A stretch of 64,000 bases of DNA from Auanema rhodensis. Taxonomy: Eukaryota; Animalia; Nematoda. Under the pieces are notes generated by a model. That model worked only from the letters and a program-made list of their open reading frames with translations, searched no databases and was not told where the DNA came from. The position numbers were made by a program, and so were the translations under genes. The stretch lies in NCBI GenBank assembly GCA_964057225.1, contig OZ059899.1:20956001-21020000 (forward strand), in the 5' to 3' direction. Shown here piece after piece: positions 1-12,400 of this stretch. Within the stretch, counting starts at the first letter, position 1, and each line of letters opens with the position of its first letter.

Positions 1-90
1 CCTGAAGAATTAATTTTTTCGTTGAATAACATTGTTCATCGTCTTTGCCTTAAAAAAAGAAATCTAAGAACATCTACGTTTCGCTAAATT

Positions 91-125
91 ATTTTGAAAT
101 TTTTCGAAAAAATTTTTGTCAAAAT
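91..125. other. AT-rich dyad in each monomer (first copy given)
   Basis: Perfect palindrome tttttcgaaaaa (100-111), flanked by attttga/tcaaaat (91-97/119-125). Confidence 0.85.
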
Positions 126-249
126 GTTTTTGGAAGCAATGTTGAGTGTACATGGAAATTCAACATACACTAATGCATCATTTTTCAAACGATCATAACT
201 AATTTTTGTATTGAGCGTTTCTCATTGTAGTATAGTGCATTCGATGCGG

Positions 250-300
250 ATTTTTAAGCTGCGTCGATCTGTGTTATCAGATTTGCGCTAGCTTAAAAAT
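250..300. other. 51-nt inverted repeat/hairpin in each monomer (first copy given)
   Basis: atttttaagct (250-260) is the exact reverse complement of agcttaaaaat (290-300). Inside it, gcg/cgc (261-263/286-288) and atctg/cagat (267-271/278-282) close a tgttat loop. Confidence 0.9.
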
Positions 301-3300
301 GCACCGAGATATCAACTGATATAAGTTCACACATATATCCTCGATTTTCACCCTGAAGAATTAATTTTTTCGTTGAATAACGTTGTCCATCGTCTTTGCC
401 TTGAAAAAAGGAATCTAAAAACATCTAATTTTTGCTAAATTATTTTGAAATTTTTCGAAAAAATTTTTGTCAAAATGTTTTTGGAAGCAATGTTGAGTGT
501 ACATGGAAACTCAACATACACTAATGCATCATTTTTCAAACGATCATAACTAATTTTTGTATTAACCGTTTCTCAATGTAGTATAGTGCATTCGATGCGG
601 ATTTTTAAGCTGCGTCGATCTGTGTTATCAGATTTGCGCTAGCTTAAAAATGCACCGAGATATCAACTTATATAAGTTCACACATATATCCTCGATTTTC
701 ACCCTGAAGAATTAATTTTTTCGTTGAATAACGTTGTCCATCGTCTTTGCCTTGAAAAAAGGAATCTAAAAACATCTAATTTTTGCTAAATTATTTTGAA
801 ATTTTTCGAAAAAATTTTTGTCAAAATGTTTTTGGAAGCAATGTTGAGTGTACATGGAAACTCAACATACACTAATGCATCATTTTTCAAACGATCATAA
901 CTAATTTTTGTATTAACCGTTTCTCAATGTAGTATAGTGCATTCGATGCGGATTTTTAAGCTGCGTCGATCTGTGTTATCAGATTTGCGCTAGCTTAAAA
1001 ATGCACCGAGATATCAACTGATATAAGTTCACACATATATCCTCGATTTTCACCCTGAAGAATTAATTTTTTCGTTGAATAACATTGTTCATCGTCTTTG
1101 CTTTAAAAAAAGAAATCTAAGAACATCTACGTTTCGCTAAATTATTTTGAAATTTTTCGAAAAAATTTTTGTCAAAATGTTTTTGGAAGCAATGTTGAGT
1201 GTACATGGAAATTCAACATACACTAATGCATCATTTTTCAAACGATCATAACTAATTTTTGTATTGAGCGTTTCTCATTGTAGTATAGTGCATTCGATGC
1301 GGATTTTTAAGCTGCGTCGATCTGTGTTATCAGATTTGCGCTAGCTTAAAAATGCACCGAGATATCAACTGATATAAGTTCACACATATATCCTCGATTT
1401 TCACCCTGAAGAATTAATTTTTTCGTTGAATAACGTTGTCCATCGTCTTTGCCTTGAAAAAAGGAATCTAAAAACATCTAATTTTTGCTAAATTATTTTG
1501 AAATTTTTCGAAAAAATTTTTGTCAAAATGTTTTTGGAAGCAATGTTGAGTGTACATGGAAACTCAACATACACTAATGCACCATTTTTCAAACGATCAT
1601 AACTAATTTTTGTATTAACCGTTTCTCAATGTAGTATAGTGCATTCGATGCGGATTTTTAAGCTGCGTCGATCTGTGTTATCAGATTTGCGCTAGCTTAA
1701 AAATGCACCGAGATATCAACTTATATAAGTTCACACATATATCCTCGATTTTCACCCTGAAGAATTAATTTTTTCGTTGAATAACGTTGTCCATCGTCTT
1801 TGCCTTGAAAAAAGGAATCTAAAAACATCTAATTTTTGCTAAATTATTTTGAAATTTTTCGAAAAAATTTTTGTCAAAATGTTTTTGGAAGCAATGTTGA
1901 GTGTACATGGAAACTCAACATACACTAATGCATCATTTTTCAAACGATCATAACTAATTATTGTATCAGGCGTTTCTCAATGTAATATAGTGCATTCGAT
2001 GCGGATTTTTAAGTTGCGTCGATCTGTGTTATCAGATTTGCGCTAGCTTAAAAATGCACCTAGATATCAACTGATATAAGTTCACACTTATATCCTCGAT
2101 TTTCACCCTGAAGAATTAATTTTTTCGTTGATTAACATTGTCCATCGTCTTTGCCTTGAAAAAAGGAATCTAAAAACATCTACTTTTTGCTAAATTATTT
2201 TGAAATTTTTCGAAAAAATTTTTGTCAAAATGTTTTTGGAAGCAATGTTGAGTGTACATGGAAACTCAACATACACTAATGCATCATTTTTCAAACGATC
2301 ATAACTAATTTTTGTATTAACCGTTTCTCAATGTAGTATAGTGCATTCGATGCGGATTTTTAAGCTGCGTCGATCTGTGTTATCAGATTTGCGCTAGCTT
2401 AAAAATGCACCGAGATATCAACTGATATAAGTTCACACATATATCCTCGATTTTCACCCTGAAGAATTAATTTTTTCGTTGAATAACATTGTTCATCGTC
2501 TTTGCCTTAAAAAAAGAAATCTAAGAACATCTACGTTTCGCTAAATTATTTTGAAATTTTTCGAAAAAATTTTTGTCAAAATGTTTTTGGAAGCAATGTT
2601 GAGTGTACATGGAAACTCAACATACACTAATGCATCATTTGTCAAACGATCATAACTAATTTTTGTATTAACCGTTTCTCAATGTAGTATAGTGCATTCG
2701 ATGCGGATTTTTAAGCTGCGTCGATCTGTGTTATCAGATTTGCGCTAGCTTAAAAATGCACCGAGATATCAACTGATATAAGTTCACACATATATCCTCG
2801 ATTTTCACCCTGAAGAATTAATTTTTTCGTTGAATAACGTTGTCCATCGTCTTTGCCTTGAAAAAAGGAATCTAAAAACATCTAATTTTTGCTAAATTAT
2901 TTTGAAATTTTTCGAAAAAATTTTTGTCAAAATGTTTTTGGAAGCAATGTTGAGTGTACATGGAAACTCAACATACACTAATGCATCATTTTTCAAACGA
3001 TCATAACTAATTTTTGTATTAACCGTTTCTCAATAAAGTATAGTGCATTCGATGCATATTTTTAAGCTGCGTCGATCTGTGTTATCAGATTTGCGCTAGC
3101 TTAAAAATGCACCGAGATATCAACTTATATAAGTTCACACATATATCCTCGATTTTCACCCTGAAGAATTAATTTTTTCGTTGAATAACGTTGTCCATCG
3201 TCTTTGCCTTGAAAAAAGGAATCTAAAAACATCTAATTTTTGCTAAATTATTTTGAAATTTTTCGAAAAAATTTTTGTCAAAATGTTTTTGGAAGCAATG

Positions 3301-3648
3301 TTGAGTGTACATGGAAACTCAACATACACTAATGCATCATTTTTCAAACGATCATAACTAATTTTTGTATTAAGCGTTTCTCAATGTAGTATAGTGCATT
3401 CGATGCGGATTTTTAAGCTGCGTCGATCTGTGTTATCAGATTTGCGCTAGCTTAAAAATGCACCGAGATATCAACTGATATAAGTTCACACATATATCCT
3501 CGATTTTCACCCTGAAGAATTAATTTTTTCGTTGAATAACATTGTTCATCGTCTTTGCCTTAAAAAAAGAAATCTAAGAACATCTACGTTTCGCTAAATT
3601 ATTTTGAAATTTTTCGAAAAAATTTTTGTCAAAATGTTTTTGGAAGCA

Positions 3649-3676
3649 ATGTTGAGTGTACATGGAAACTCAACAT
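3649..3676. other. 9-bp inverted repeat with 10-nt spacer in each monomer (pos. 139-166; example copy)
   Basis: atgttgagt-gtacatggaa-actcaacat. Confidence 0.9.
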
Positions 3677-6600
3677 ACACTAATGCATCATTTTTCAAAC
3701 GATCATAACTAATTTTTGTATTAACCGTTTCTCAATGTAGTATAGTGCATTCGATGCGGATTTTTAAGCTGCGTCGATCTGTGTTATCAGATTTGCGCTA
3801 GCTTAAAAATGCACCGAGATATCAACTGATATAAGTTCACACATATATCCTCGATTTTCACCCTGAAGAATTAATTTTTTCGTTGAATAACGTTGTCCAT
3901 CGTCTTTGCCTTGAAAAAAGGAATCTAAAAACATCTAATTTTTGCTAAATTATTTTGAAATTTTTCGAAAAAATTTTTGTCAAAATGTTTTTGGAAGCAA
4001 TGTTGAGTGTACATGGAAACTCAACATACACTAATGCATCATTTTTCAAACGATCATAACTAATTTTTGTATTAACCGTTTCTCAATAAAGTATAGTGCA
4101 TTCGATGCGGATTTTTAAGCTGCGTCGATCTGTGTTATCAGATTTGCGCTAGCTTAAAAATGCACCGAGATATCAACTTATATAAGTTCACACATATATC
4201 CTCGATTTTCACCCTGAAGAATTAATTTTTTCGTTGAATAACGTTGTCCATCGTCTTTGCCTTGAAAAAAGGAATCTAAAAACATCTAATTTTTGCTAAA
4301 TTATTTTGAAATTTTTCGAAAAAATTTTTGTCAAAATGTTTTTGGAAGCAATGTTGAGTGTACATGGAAACTCAACATACACTAATGCATCATTTTTCAA
4401 ACGATCATAACTAATTTTTGTATTAAGCGTTTCTCAATGTAGTATAGTGCATTCGATGCGGATTTTTAAGCTGCGTCGATCTGTGTTATCAGATTTGCGC
4501 TAGCTTAAAAATGCACCGAGATATCAACTGATATAAGTTCACACATATATCCTCGATTTTCACCCTGAAGAATTAATTTTTTCGTTGAATAACATTGTTC
4601 ATCGTCTTTGCCTTAAAAAAAGAAATCTAAGAACATCTACGTTTCGCTAAATTATTTTGAAATTTTTCGAAAAAATTTTTGTCAAAATGTTTTTGGAAGC
4701 AATGTTGAGTGTACATGGAAATTCAACATACACTAATGCATCATTTTTCAAACGATCATAACTAATTTTTGTATTGAGCGTTTCTCATTGTAGTATAGTG
4801 CATTCGATGCGGATTTTTAAGCTGCGTCGATCTGTGTTATCAGATTTGCGCTAGCTTAAAAATGCACCGAGATATCAACTGATATAAGTTCACACATATA
4901 TCCTCGATTTTCACCCTGAAGAATTAATTTTTTCGTTGAATAACGTTGTCCATCGTCTTTGCCTTGAAAAAAGGAATCTAAAAACATCTAATTTTTGCTA
5001 AATTATTTTGAAATTTTTCGAAAAAATTTTTGTCAAAATGTTTTTGGAAGCAATGTTGAGTGTACATGGAAACTCAACATACACTAATGCATCATTTTTC
5101 AAACGATCATAACTAATTTTTGTATTAACCGTTTCTCAATGTAGTATAGTGCATTCGATGCGGATTTTTAAGCTGCGTCGATCTGTGTTATCAGATTTGC
5201 GCTAGCTTAAAAATGCACCGAGATATCAACTGATATAAGTTCACACATATATCCTCGATTTTCACCCTGAAGAATTAATTTTTTTCGTTGAATAACATTG
5301 TTCATCGTCTTTGCCTTAAAAAAAGAAATCTAAGAACATCTACGTTTCGCTAAATTATTTTGAAATTTTTCGAAAAAATTTTTGTCAAAATGTTTTTGGA
5401 AGCAATGTTGAGTGTACATGGAAATTCAACATACACTAATGCATCATTTTTCAAACGATCATAACTAATTTTTGTATTGAGCGTTTCTCATTGTAGTATA
5501 GTGCATTCGATGCGGATTTTTAAGCTGCGTCGATCTGTGCTATCAGATTTGCGCTAGCTTAAAAATGCACCGAGATATCAACTGATATAAGTTCACACAT
5601 ATATCCTCGATTTTCACCCTGAAGAATTAATTTTTTCGTTGAATAACGTTGTCCATCGTCTTTGCCTTGAAAAAAGGAATCTAAAAACATCTAATTTTTG
5701 CTAAATTATTTTGAAATTTTTCGAAAAAATTTTTGTCAAAATGTTTTTGGAAGCAATGTTGAGTGTACATGGAAACTCAACATACACTAATGCATCATTT
5801 TTCAAACGATCATAACTAATTTTTGTATTAACCGTTTCTCAATGTAGTATAGTGCATTCGATGCGGATTTTTAAGCTGCGTCGATCTGTGTTATCAGATT
5901 TGCGCTAGCTTAAAAATGCACCGAGATATCAACTTATATAAGTTCACACATATATCCTCGATTTTCACCCTGAAGAATTAATTTTTTCGTTGAATAACGT
6001 TGTCCATCGTCTTTGCCTTGAAAAAAGGAATCTAAAAACATCTAATTTTTGCTAAATTATTTTGAAATTTTTCGAAAAAATTTTTGTCAAAATGTTTTTG
6101 GAAGCAATGTTGAGTGTACATGGAAACTCAACATACACTAATGCATCATTTTTCAAACGATCATAACTAATTTTTGTATTAAGCGTTTCTCAAAGTAGTA
6201 TAGTGCATTCGATGCGGATTTTTAAGCTGCGTCGATCTGTGTTATCAGATTTGCGCTAGCTTAAAAATGCACCGAGATATCAACTGATATAAGTTCACAC
6301 ATATATCCTCGATTTTCACCCTGAAGAATTAATTTTTTCGTTGAATAACATTGTTCATCGTCTTTGCCTTAAAAAAAGGAATCTAAGAACATCTACGTTT
6401 CGCTAAATTATTTTGAAATTTTTCGAAAAAATTTTTTCAAAATGTTTTTGGAAGCAATGTTGAGTGTACATGGAAACTCAACATACACTAATGCATCATT
6501 TTTCAAACGATCATAACTAATTATTGTATCAAGCGTTTCTCAATGTAATATAGTGCATTCGATGCGGATTTTTAAGTTGCGTCGATCTGTGTTATCAGAT

Positions 6601-6986
6601 TTGCGCTAGCTTAAAAATGCACCTAGATATCAACTGATATAAGTTCACACTTATATCCTCGATTTTCACCCTGAAGAATTAATTTTTTCGTTGATTAACA
6701 TTGTCCATCGTCTTTGCCTTGAAAAAAGGAATCTAAAAACATCTACTTTTTGCTAAATTATTTTGAAATTTTTCGAAAAAATTTTTGTCAAAATGTTTTT
6801 GGAAGCAATGTTGAGTGTACATGGAAACTCAACATACACTAATGCATCATTTTTCAAACGATCATAACTAATTTTTGTATTAACCGTTTCTCAATGTTGT
6901 ATAGTGCATTCAATGCGGATTTTTAAGCTGCGTCGATCTGTGTTATCAGATTTGCGCTAGCTTAAAAATGCACCTAGATATCAACT

Positions 6987-7008
6987 GATATAAGTTCACA
7001 CTTATATC
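6987..7008. other. 9-bp inverted repeat with 4-nt loop (pos. 318-339; example copy with the T333 allele)
   Basis: gatataagt-tcac-acttatatc; broken in monomers carrying acatatatc. Confidence 0.85.
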
Positions 7009-9478
7009 CTCGATTTTCACCCTGAAGAATTAATTTTTTCGTTGAATAACATTGTTCATCGTCTTTGCCTTAAAAAAAGAAATCTAAGAACATCTACGTT
7101 TCGCTAAATTATTTTGAAATTTTTCGAAAAAATTTTTGTCAAAATGTTTTTGGAAGCAATGTTGAGTGTACATGGAAACTCAACATACACTAATGCATCA
7201 TTTTTCAAACGATCATAACTAATTTTTGTATTAACCGTTTCTCAATGTAGTATAGTGCATTCGATGCGGATTTTTAAGCTGCGTCGATCTGTGTTATCAG
7301 ATTTGCGCTAGCTTAAAAATGCACCGAGATATCAACTGATATAAGTTCACACATATATCCTCGATTTTCACCCTGAAGAATTAATTTTTTCGTTGAATAA
7401 CGTTGTCCATCGTCTTTGCCTTGAAAAAAGGAATCTAAAAACATCTAATTTTTGCTAAATTATTTTGAAATTTTTCGAAAAAATTTTTGTCAAAATGTTT
7501 TTGGAAGCAATGTTGAGTGTACATGGAAACTCAACATACACTAATGCATCATTTTTCAAACGATCATAACTAATTTTTGTATTAACCGTTTCTCAATAAA
7601 GTATAGTGCATTCGATGCGGATTTTTAAGCTGCGTCGATCTGTGTTATCAGATTTGCGCTAGCTTAAAAATGCACCGAGATATCAACTTATATAAGTTCA
7701 CACATATATCCTCGATTTTCACCCTGAAGAATTAATTTTTTCGTTGAATAACGTTGTCCATCGTCTTTGCCTTGAAAAAAGGAATCTAAAAACATCTAAT
7801 TTTTGCTAAATTATTTTGAAATTTTTCGAAAAAATTTTTGTCAAAATGTTTTTGGAAGCAATGTTGAGTGTACATGGAAACTCAACATACACTAATGCAT
7901 CATTTTTCAAACGATCATAACTAATTTTTGTATTAAGCGTTTCTCAATGTAGTATAGTGCATTCGATGCGGATTTTTAAGCTGCGTCGATCTGTGTTATC
8001 AGATTTGCGCTAGCTTAAAAATGCACCGAGATATCAACTGATATAAGTTCACACATATATCCTCGATTTTCACCCTGAAGAATTAATTTTTTCGTTGAAT
8101 AACATTGTTCATCGTCTTTGCCTTAAAAAAAGAAATCTAAGAACATCTACGTTTCGCTAAATTATTTTGAAATTTTTCGAAAAAATTTTTGTCAAAATGT
8201 TTTTGGAAGCAATGTTGAGTGTACATGGAAATTCAACATACACTAATGCATCATTTTTCAAACGATCATAACTAATTTTTGTATTGAGCGTTTCTCATTG
8301 TAGTATAGTGCATTCGATGCGGATTTTTAAGCTGCGTCGATCTGTGTTATCAGATTTGCGCTAGCTTAAAAATGCACCGAGATATCAACTGATATAAGTT
8401 CACACATATATCCTCGATTTTCACCCTGAAGAATTAATTTTTTCGTTGAATAACGTTGTCCATCGTCTTTGCCTTGAAAAAAGGAATCTAAAAACATCTA
8501 ATTTTTGCTAAATTATTTTGAAATTTTTCGAAAAAATTTTTGTCAAAATGTTTTTGGAAGCAATGTTGAGTGTACATGGAAACTCAACATACACTAATGC
8601 ATCATTTTTCAAACGATCATAACTAATTTTTGTATTAACCGTTTCTCAATGTAGTATAGTGCATTCGATGCGGATTTTTAAGCTGCGTCGATCTGTGTTA
8701 TCAGATTTGCGCTAGCTTAAAAATGCACCGAGATATCAACTGATATAAGTTCACACATATATCCTCGATTTTCACCCTGAAGAATTAATTTTTTTCGTTG
8801 AATAACATTGTTCATCGTCTTTGCCTTAAAAAAAGAAATCTAAGAACATCTACGTTTCGCTAAATTATTTTGAAATTTTTCGAAAAAATTTTTGTCAAAA
8901 TGTTTTTGGAAGCAATGTTGAGTGTACATGGAAATTCAACATACACTAATGCATCATTTTTCAAACGATCATAACTAATTTTTGTATTGAGCGTTTCTCA
9001 TTGTAGTATAGTGCATTCGATGCGGATTTTTAAGCTGCGTCGATCTGTGCTATCAGATTTGCGCTAGCTTAAAAATGCACCGAGATATCAACTGATATAA
9101 GTTCACACATATATCCTCGATTTTCACCCTGAAGAATTAATTTTTTCGTTGAATAACGTTGTCCATCGTCTTTGCCTTGAAAAAAGGAATCTAAAAACAT
9201 CTAATTTTTGCTAAATTATTTTGAAATTTTTCGAAAAAATTTTTGTCAAAATGTTTTTGGAAGCAATGTTGAGTGTACATGGAAACTCAACATACACTAA
9301 TGCATCATTTTTCAAACGATCATAACTAATTTTTGTATTAACCGTTTCTCAATGTAGTATAGTGCATTCGATGCGGATTTTTAAGCTGCGTCGATCTGTG
9401 TTATCAGATTTGCGCTAGCTTAAAAATGCACCGAGATATCAACTTATATAAGTTCACACATATATCCTCGATTTTCAC

Positions 9479-12400
9479 CCTGAAGAATTAATTTTTTCGT
9501 TGAATAACGTTGTCCATCGTCTTTGCCTTGAAAAAAGGAATCTAAAAACATCTAATTTTTGCTAAATTATTTTGAAATTTTTCGAAAAAATTTTTGTCAA
9601 AATGTTTTTGGAAGCAATGTTGAGTGTACATGGAAACTCAACATACACTAATGCATCATTTTTCAAACGATCATAACTAATTTTTGTATTAAGCGTTTCT
9701 CAAAGTAGTATAGTGCATTCGATGCGGATTTTTAAGCTGCGTCGATCTGTGTTATCAGATTTGCGCTAGCTTAAAAATGCACCGAGATATCAACTGATAT
9801 AAGTTCACACATATATCCTCGATTTTCACCCTGAAGAATTAATTTTTTCGTTGAATAACATTGTTCATCGTCTTTGCCTTAAAAAAAGGAATCTAAGAAC
9901 ATCTACGTTTCGCTAAATTATTTTGAAATTTTTCGAAAAAATTTTTTCAAAATGTTTTTGGAAGCAATGTTGAGTGTACATGGAAACTCAACATACACTA
10001 ATGCATCATTTTTCAAACGATCATAACTAATTATTGTATCAAGCGTTTCTCAATGTAATATAGTGCATTCGATGCGGATTTTTAAGTTGCGTCGATCTGT
10101 GTTATCAGATTTGCGCTAGCTTAAAAATGCACCTAGATATCAACTGATATAAGTTCACACTTATATCCTCGATTTTCACCCTGAAGAATTAATTTTCTCG
10201 TTGATTAACATTGTCCATCGTCTTTGCCTTGAAAAAAGGAATCTAAAAACATCTACTTTTTGCTAAATTATTTTGAAATTTTTCGAAAAAATTTTTGTCA
10301 AAATGTTTTTGGAAGCAATGTTGAGTGTACATGGAAACTCAACATACACTAATGCATCATTTTTCAAACGATCATAACTAATTTTTGTATTAACCGTTTC
10401 TCAATGTTGTATAGTGCATTCAATGCGGATTTTTAAGCTGCGTCGATCTGTGTTATCAGATTTGCGCTAGCTTAAAAATGCACCGAGATATCAACTTATA
10501 TAAGTTCACACATATATCCTCGATTTTCACCCTGAAGAATTAATTTTTTCGTTGAATAACGTTGTCCATCGTCTTTGCCTTGAAAAAAGGAATCTAAAAA
10601 CATCTAATTTTTGCTAAATTATTTTGAAATTTTTCGAAAAAATTTTTGTCAAAATGTTTTTGGAAGCAATGTTGAGTGTACATGGAAACTCAACATACAC
10701 TAATGCATCATTTTTCAAACGATCATAACTAATTTTTGTATTAACCGTTTCTCAATGTAGTATAGTGCATTCGATGCGGATTTTTAAGCTGCGTCGATCT
10801 GTGTTATCAGATTTGCGCTAGCTTAAAAATGCACCGAGATATCAACTGATATAAGTTCACACATATATCCTCGATTTTCACCCTGAAGAATTAATTTTTT
10901 CGTTGAATAACATTGTTCATCGTCTTTGCCTTAAAAAAAGGAATCTAAGAACATCTACGTTTCGCTAAATTATTTTGAAATTTTTCGAAAAAATTTTTGT
11001 CAAAATGTTTTTGGAAGCAATGTTGAGTGTACATGGAAACTCAACATACACTAATGCATCATTTTTCAAACGATCATAACTAATTATTGTATCAAGCGTT
11101 TCTCAATGTAATATAGTGCATTCGATGCGGATTTTTAAGTTGCGTCGATCTGTGTTATCAGATTTGCGCTAGCTTAAAAATGCACCGAGATATCAACTGA
11201 TATAAGTTCACACTTATATCCTCGATTTTCACCCTGAAGAATTAATTTTTTCGTTGATTAACATTGTCCATCGTCTTTGCCTTGAAAAAAGGAATCTAAA
11301 AACATCTACTTTTTGCTAAATTATTTTGAAATTTTTCGAAAAAATTTTTGTCAAAATGTTTTTGGAAGCAATGTTGAGTGTACATGGAAACTCAACATAC
11401 ACTAATGCATCATTTTTCAAACGATCATAACTAATTTTTGTATTAACCGTTTCTCAATGTAGTATAGTGCATTCGATGCGGATTTTTAAGCTGCGTCGAT
11501 CTGTGTTATCAGATTTGCGCTAGCTTAAAAATGCACCGAGATATCAACTTATATAAGTTCACACATATATCCTCGATTTTCACCCTGAAGAATTAATTTT
11601 TTCGTTGAATAACGTTGTCCATCGTCTTTGCCTTGAAAAAAGGAATCTAAAAACATCTAATTTTTGCTAAATTATTTTGAAATTTTTCGAAAAAATTTTT
11701 GTCAAAATGTTTTTGGAAGCAATGTTGAGTGTACATGGAAACTCAACATACACTAATGCATCATTTTTCAAACGATCATAACTAATTTTTGTATTAAGCG
11801 TTTCTCAAAGTAGTATAGTGCATTCGATGCGGATTTTTAAGCTGCGTCGATCTGTGTTATCAGATTTGCGCTAGCTTAAAAATGCACCGAGATATCAACT
11901 GATATAAGTTCACACATATATCCTCGATTTTCACCCTGAAGAATTAATTTTTTCGTTGAATAACATTGTTCATCGTCTTTGCCTTAAAAAAAGGAATCTA
12001 AGAACATCTACGTTTCGCTAAATTATTTTGAAATTTTTCGAAAAAATTTTTTCAAAATGTTTTTGGAAGCAATGTTGAGTGTACATGGAAACTCAACATA
12101 CACTAATGCATCATTTTTCAAACGATCATAACTAATTATTGTATCAAGCGTTTCTCAATGTAATATAGTGCATTCGATGCGGATTTTTAAGTTGCGTCGA
12201 TCTGTGTTATCAGATTTGCGCTAGCTTAAAAATGCACCTAGATATCAACTGATATAAGTTCACACTTATATCCTCGATTTTCACCCTGAAGAATTAATTT
12301 TTTCGTTGATTAACATTGTCCATCGTCTTTGCCTTGAAAAAAGGAATCTAAAAACATCTACTTTTTGCTAAATTATTTTGAAATTTTTCGAAAAAATTTT

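Larger units (their letters stand above)
1..4563. repeat. Local 3-monomer (A-B-B) higher-order pattern
   Basis: Type A (gttcatc...ttaaaaaaagaaatctaagaacatctacgtttcg) starts at 1, 1054, 2458 and 3511. Each is followed by two type B copies (aacgttgtcc...ctaattttt). One extra monomer at 2107 interrupts the pattern. Confidence 0.85.
3511..10530. repeat. Tandem duplication of a 10-monomer unit (3510 bp x2)
   Basis: Rare markers recur exactly 3510 bp apart: caataaag (~4085/7595), +T insertion (~5281/8791), tgtgct (~5540/9050), caaag (~6191/9701), -G deletion (~6436/9946), tgttg plus caatgc (~6897-6912/10407-10422). Confidence 0.93.

Noticed and set aside
2-60. Hammerhead ribozyme, as known from some animal satellites (ctgaaga matches CUGANGA)
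   Set aside because: No stem II can form between the bases after ctgaaga and those before any downstream gaaa (pos. 52, 96, 106, 155). The minus strand has only ctgataa, which lacks the conserved G. An Infernal search would confirm this.
250-300. Bacterial intrinsic terminator or operator
   Set aside because: There is no gene context, and the stem is AT-rich and repeated 182 times as part of the satellite.
1-351. Giant repetitive protein-coding ORF (351 is divisible by 3 and indels are almost absent)
   Set aside because: Stops occur in all six frames within each monomer. Plus strand: tga at pos. 3 and taa at 27, tga at 23, taa at 85. Minus strand: stops appear as cta at pos. 64, 74 and 84.
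1-351. Tandem 5S rRNA, tRNA, snRNA or spliced-leader gene array
   Set aside because: No recognisable 5S, tRNA cloverleaf/A-B box, snRNA or SL sequence on either strand. An Rfam scan was not possible, so an unknown small RNA is not excluded.
1-351. Monomer as an ancient dimer of ~175-bp subunits
   Set aside because: I see no convincing similarity between the two halves by eye.
368-385. CENP-B box-like motif (tttcgttgaataacgttg)
   Set aside because: It has TTCG and the conserved A, but the second CG is one base out of register, the GGG is absent, and the CG exists only in type B monomers.
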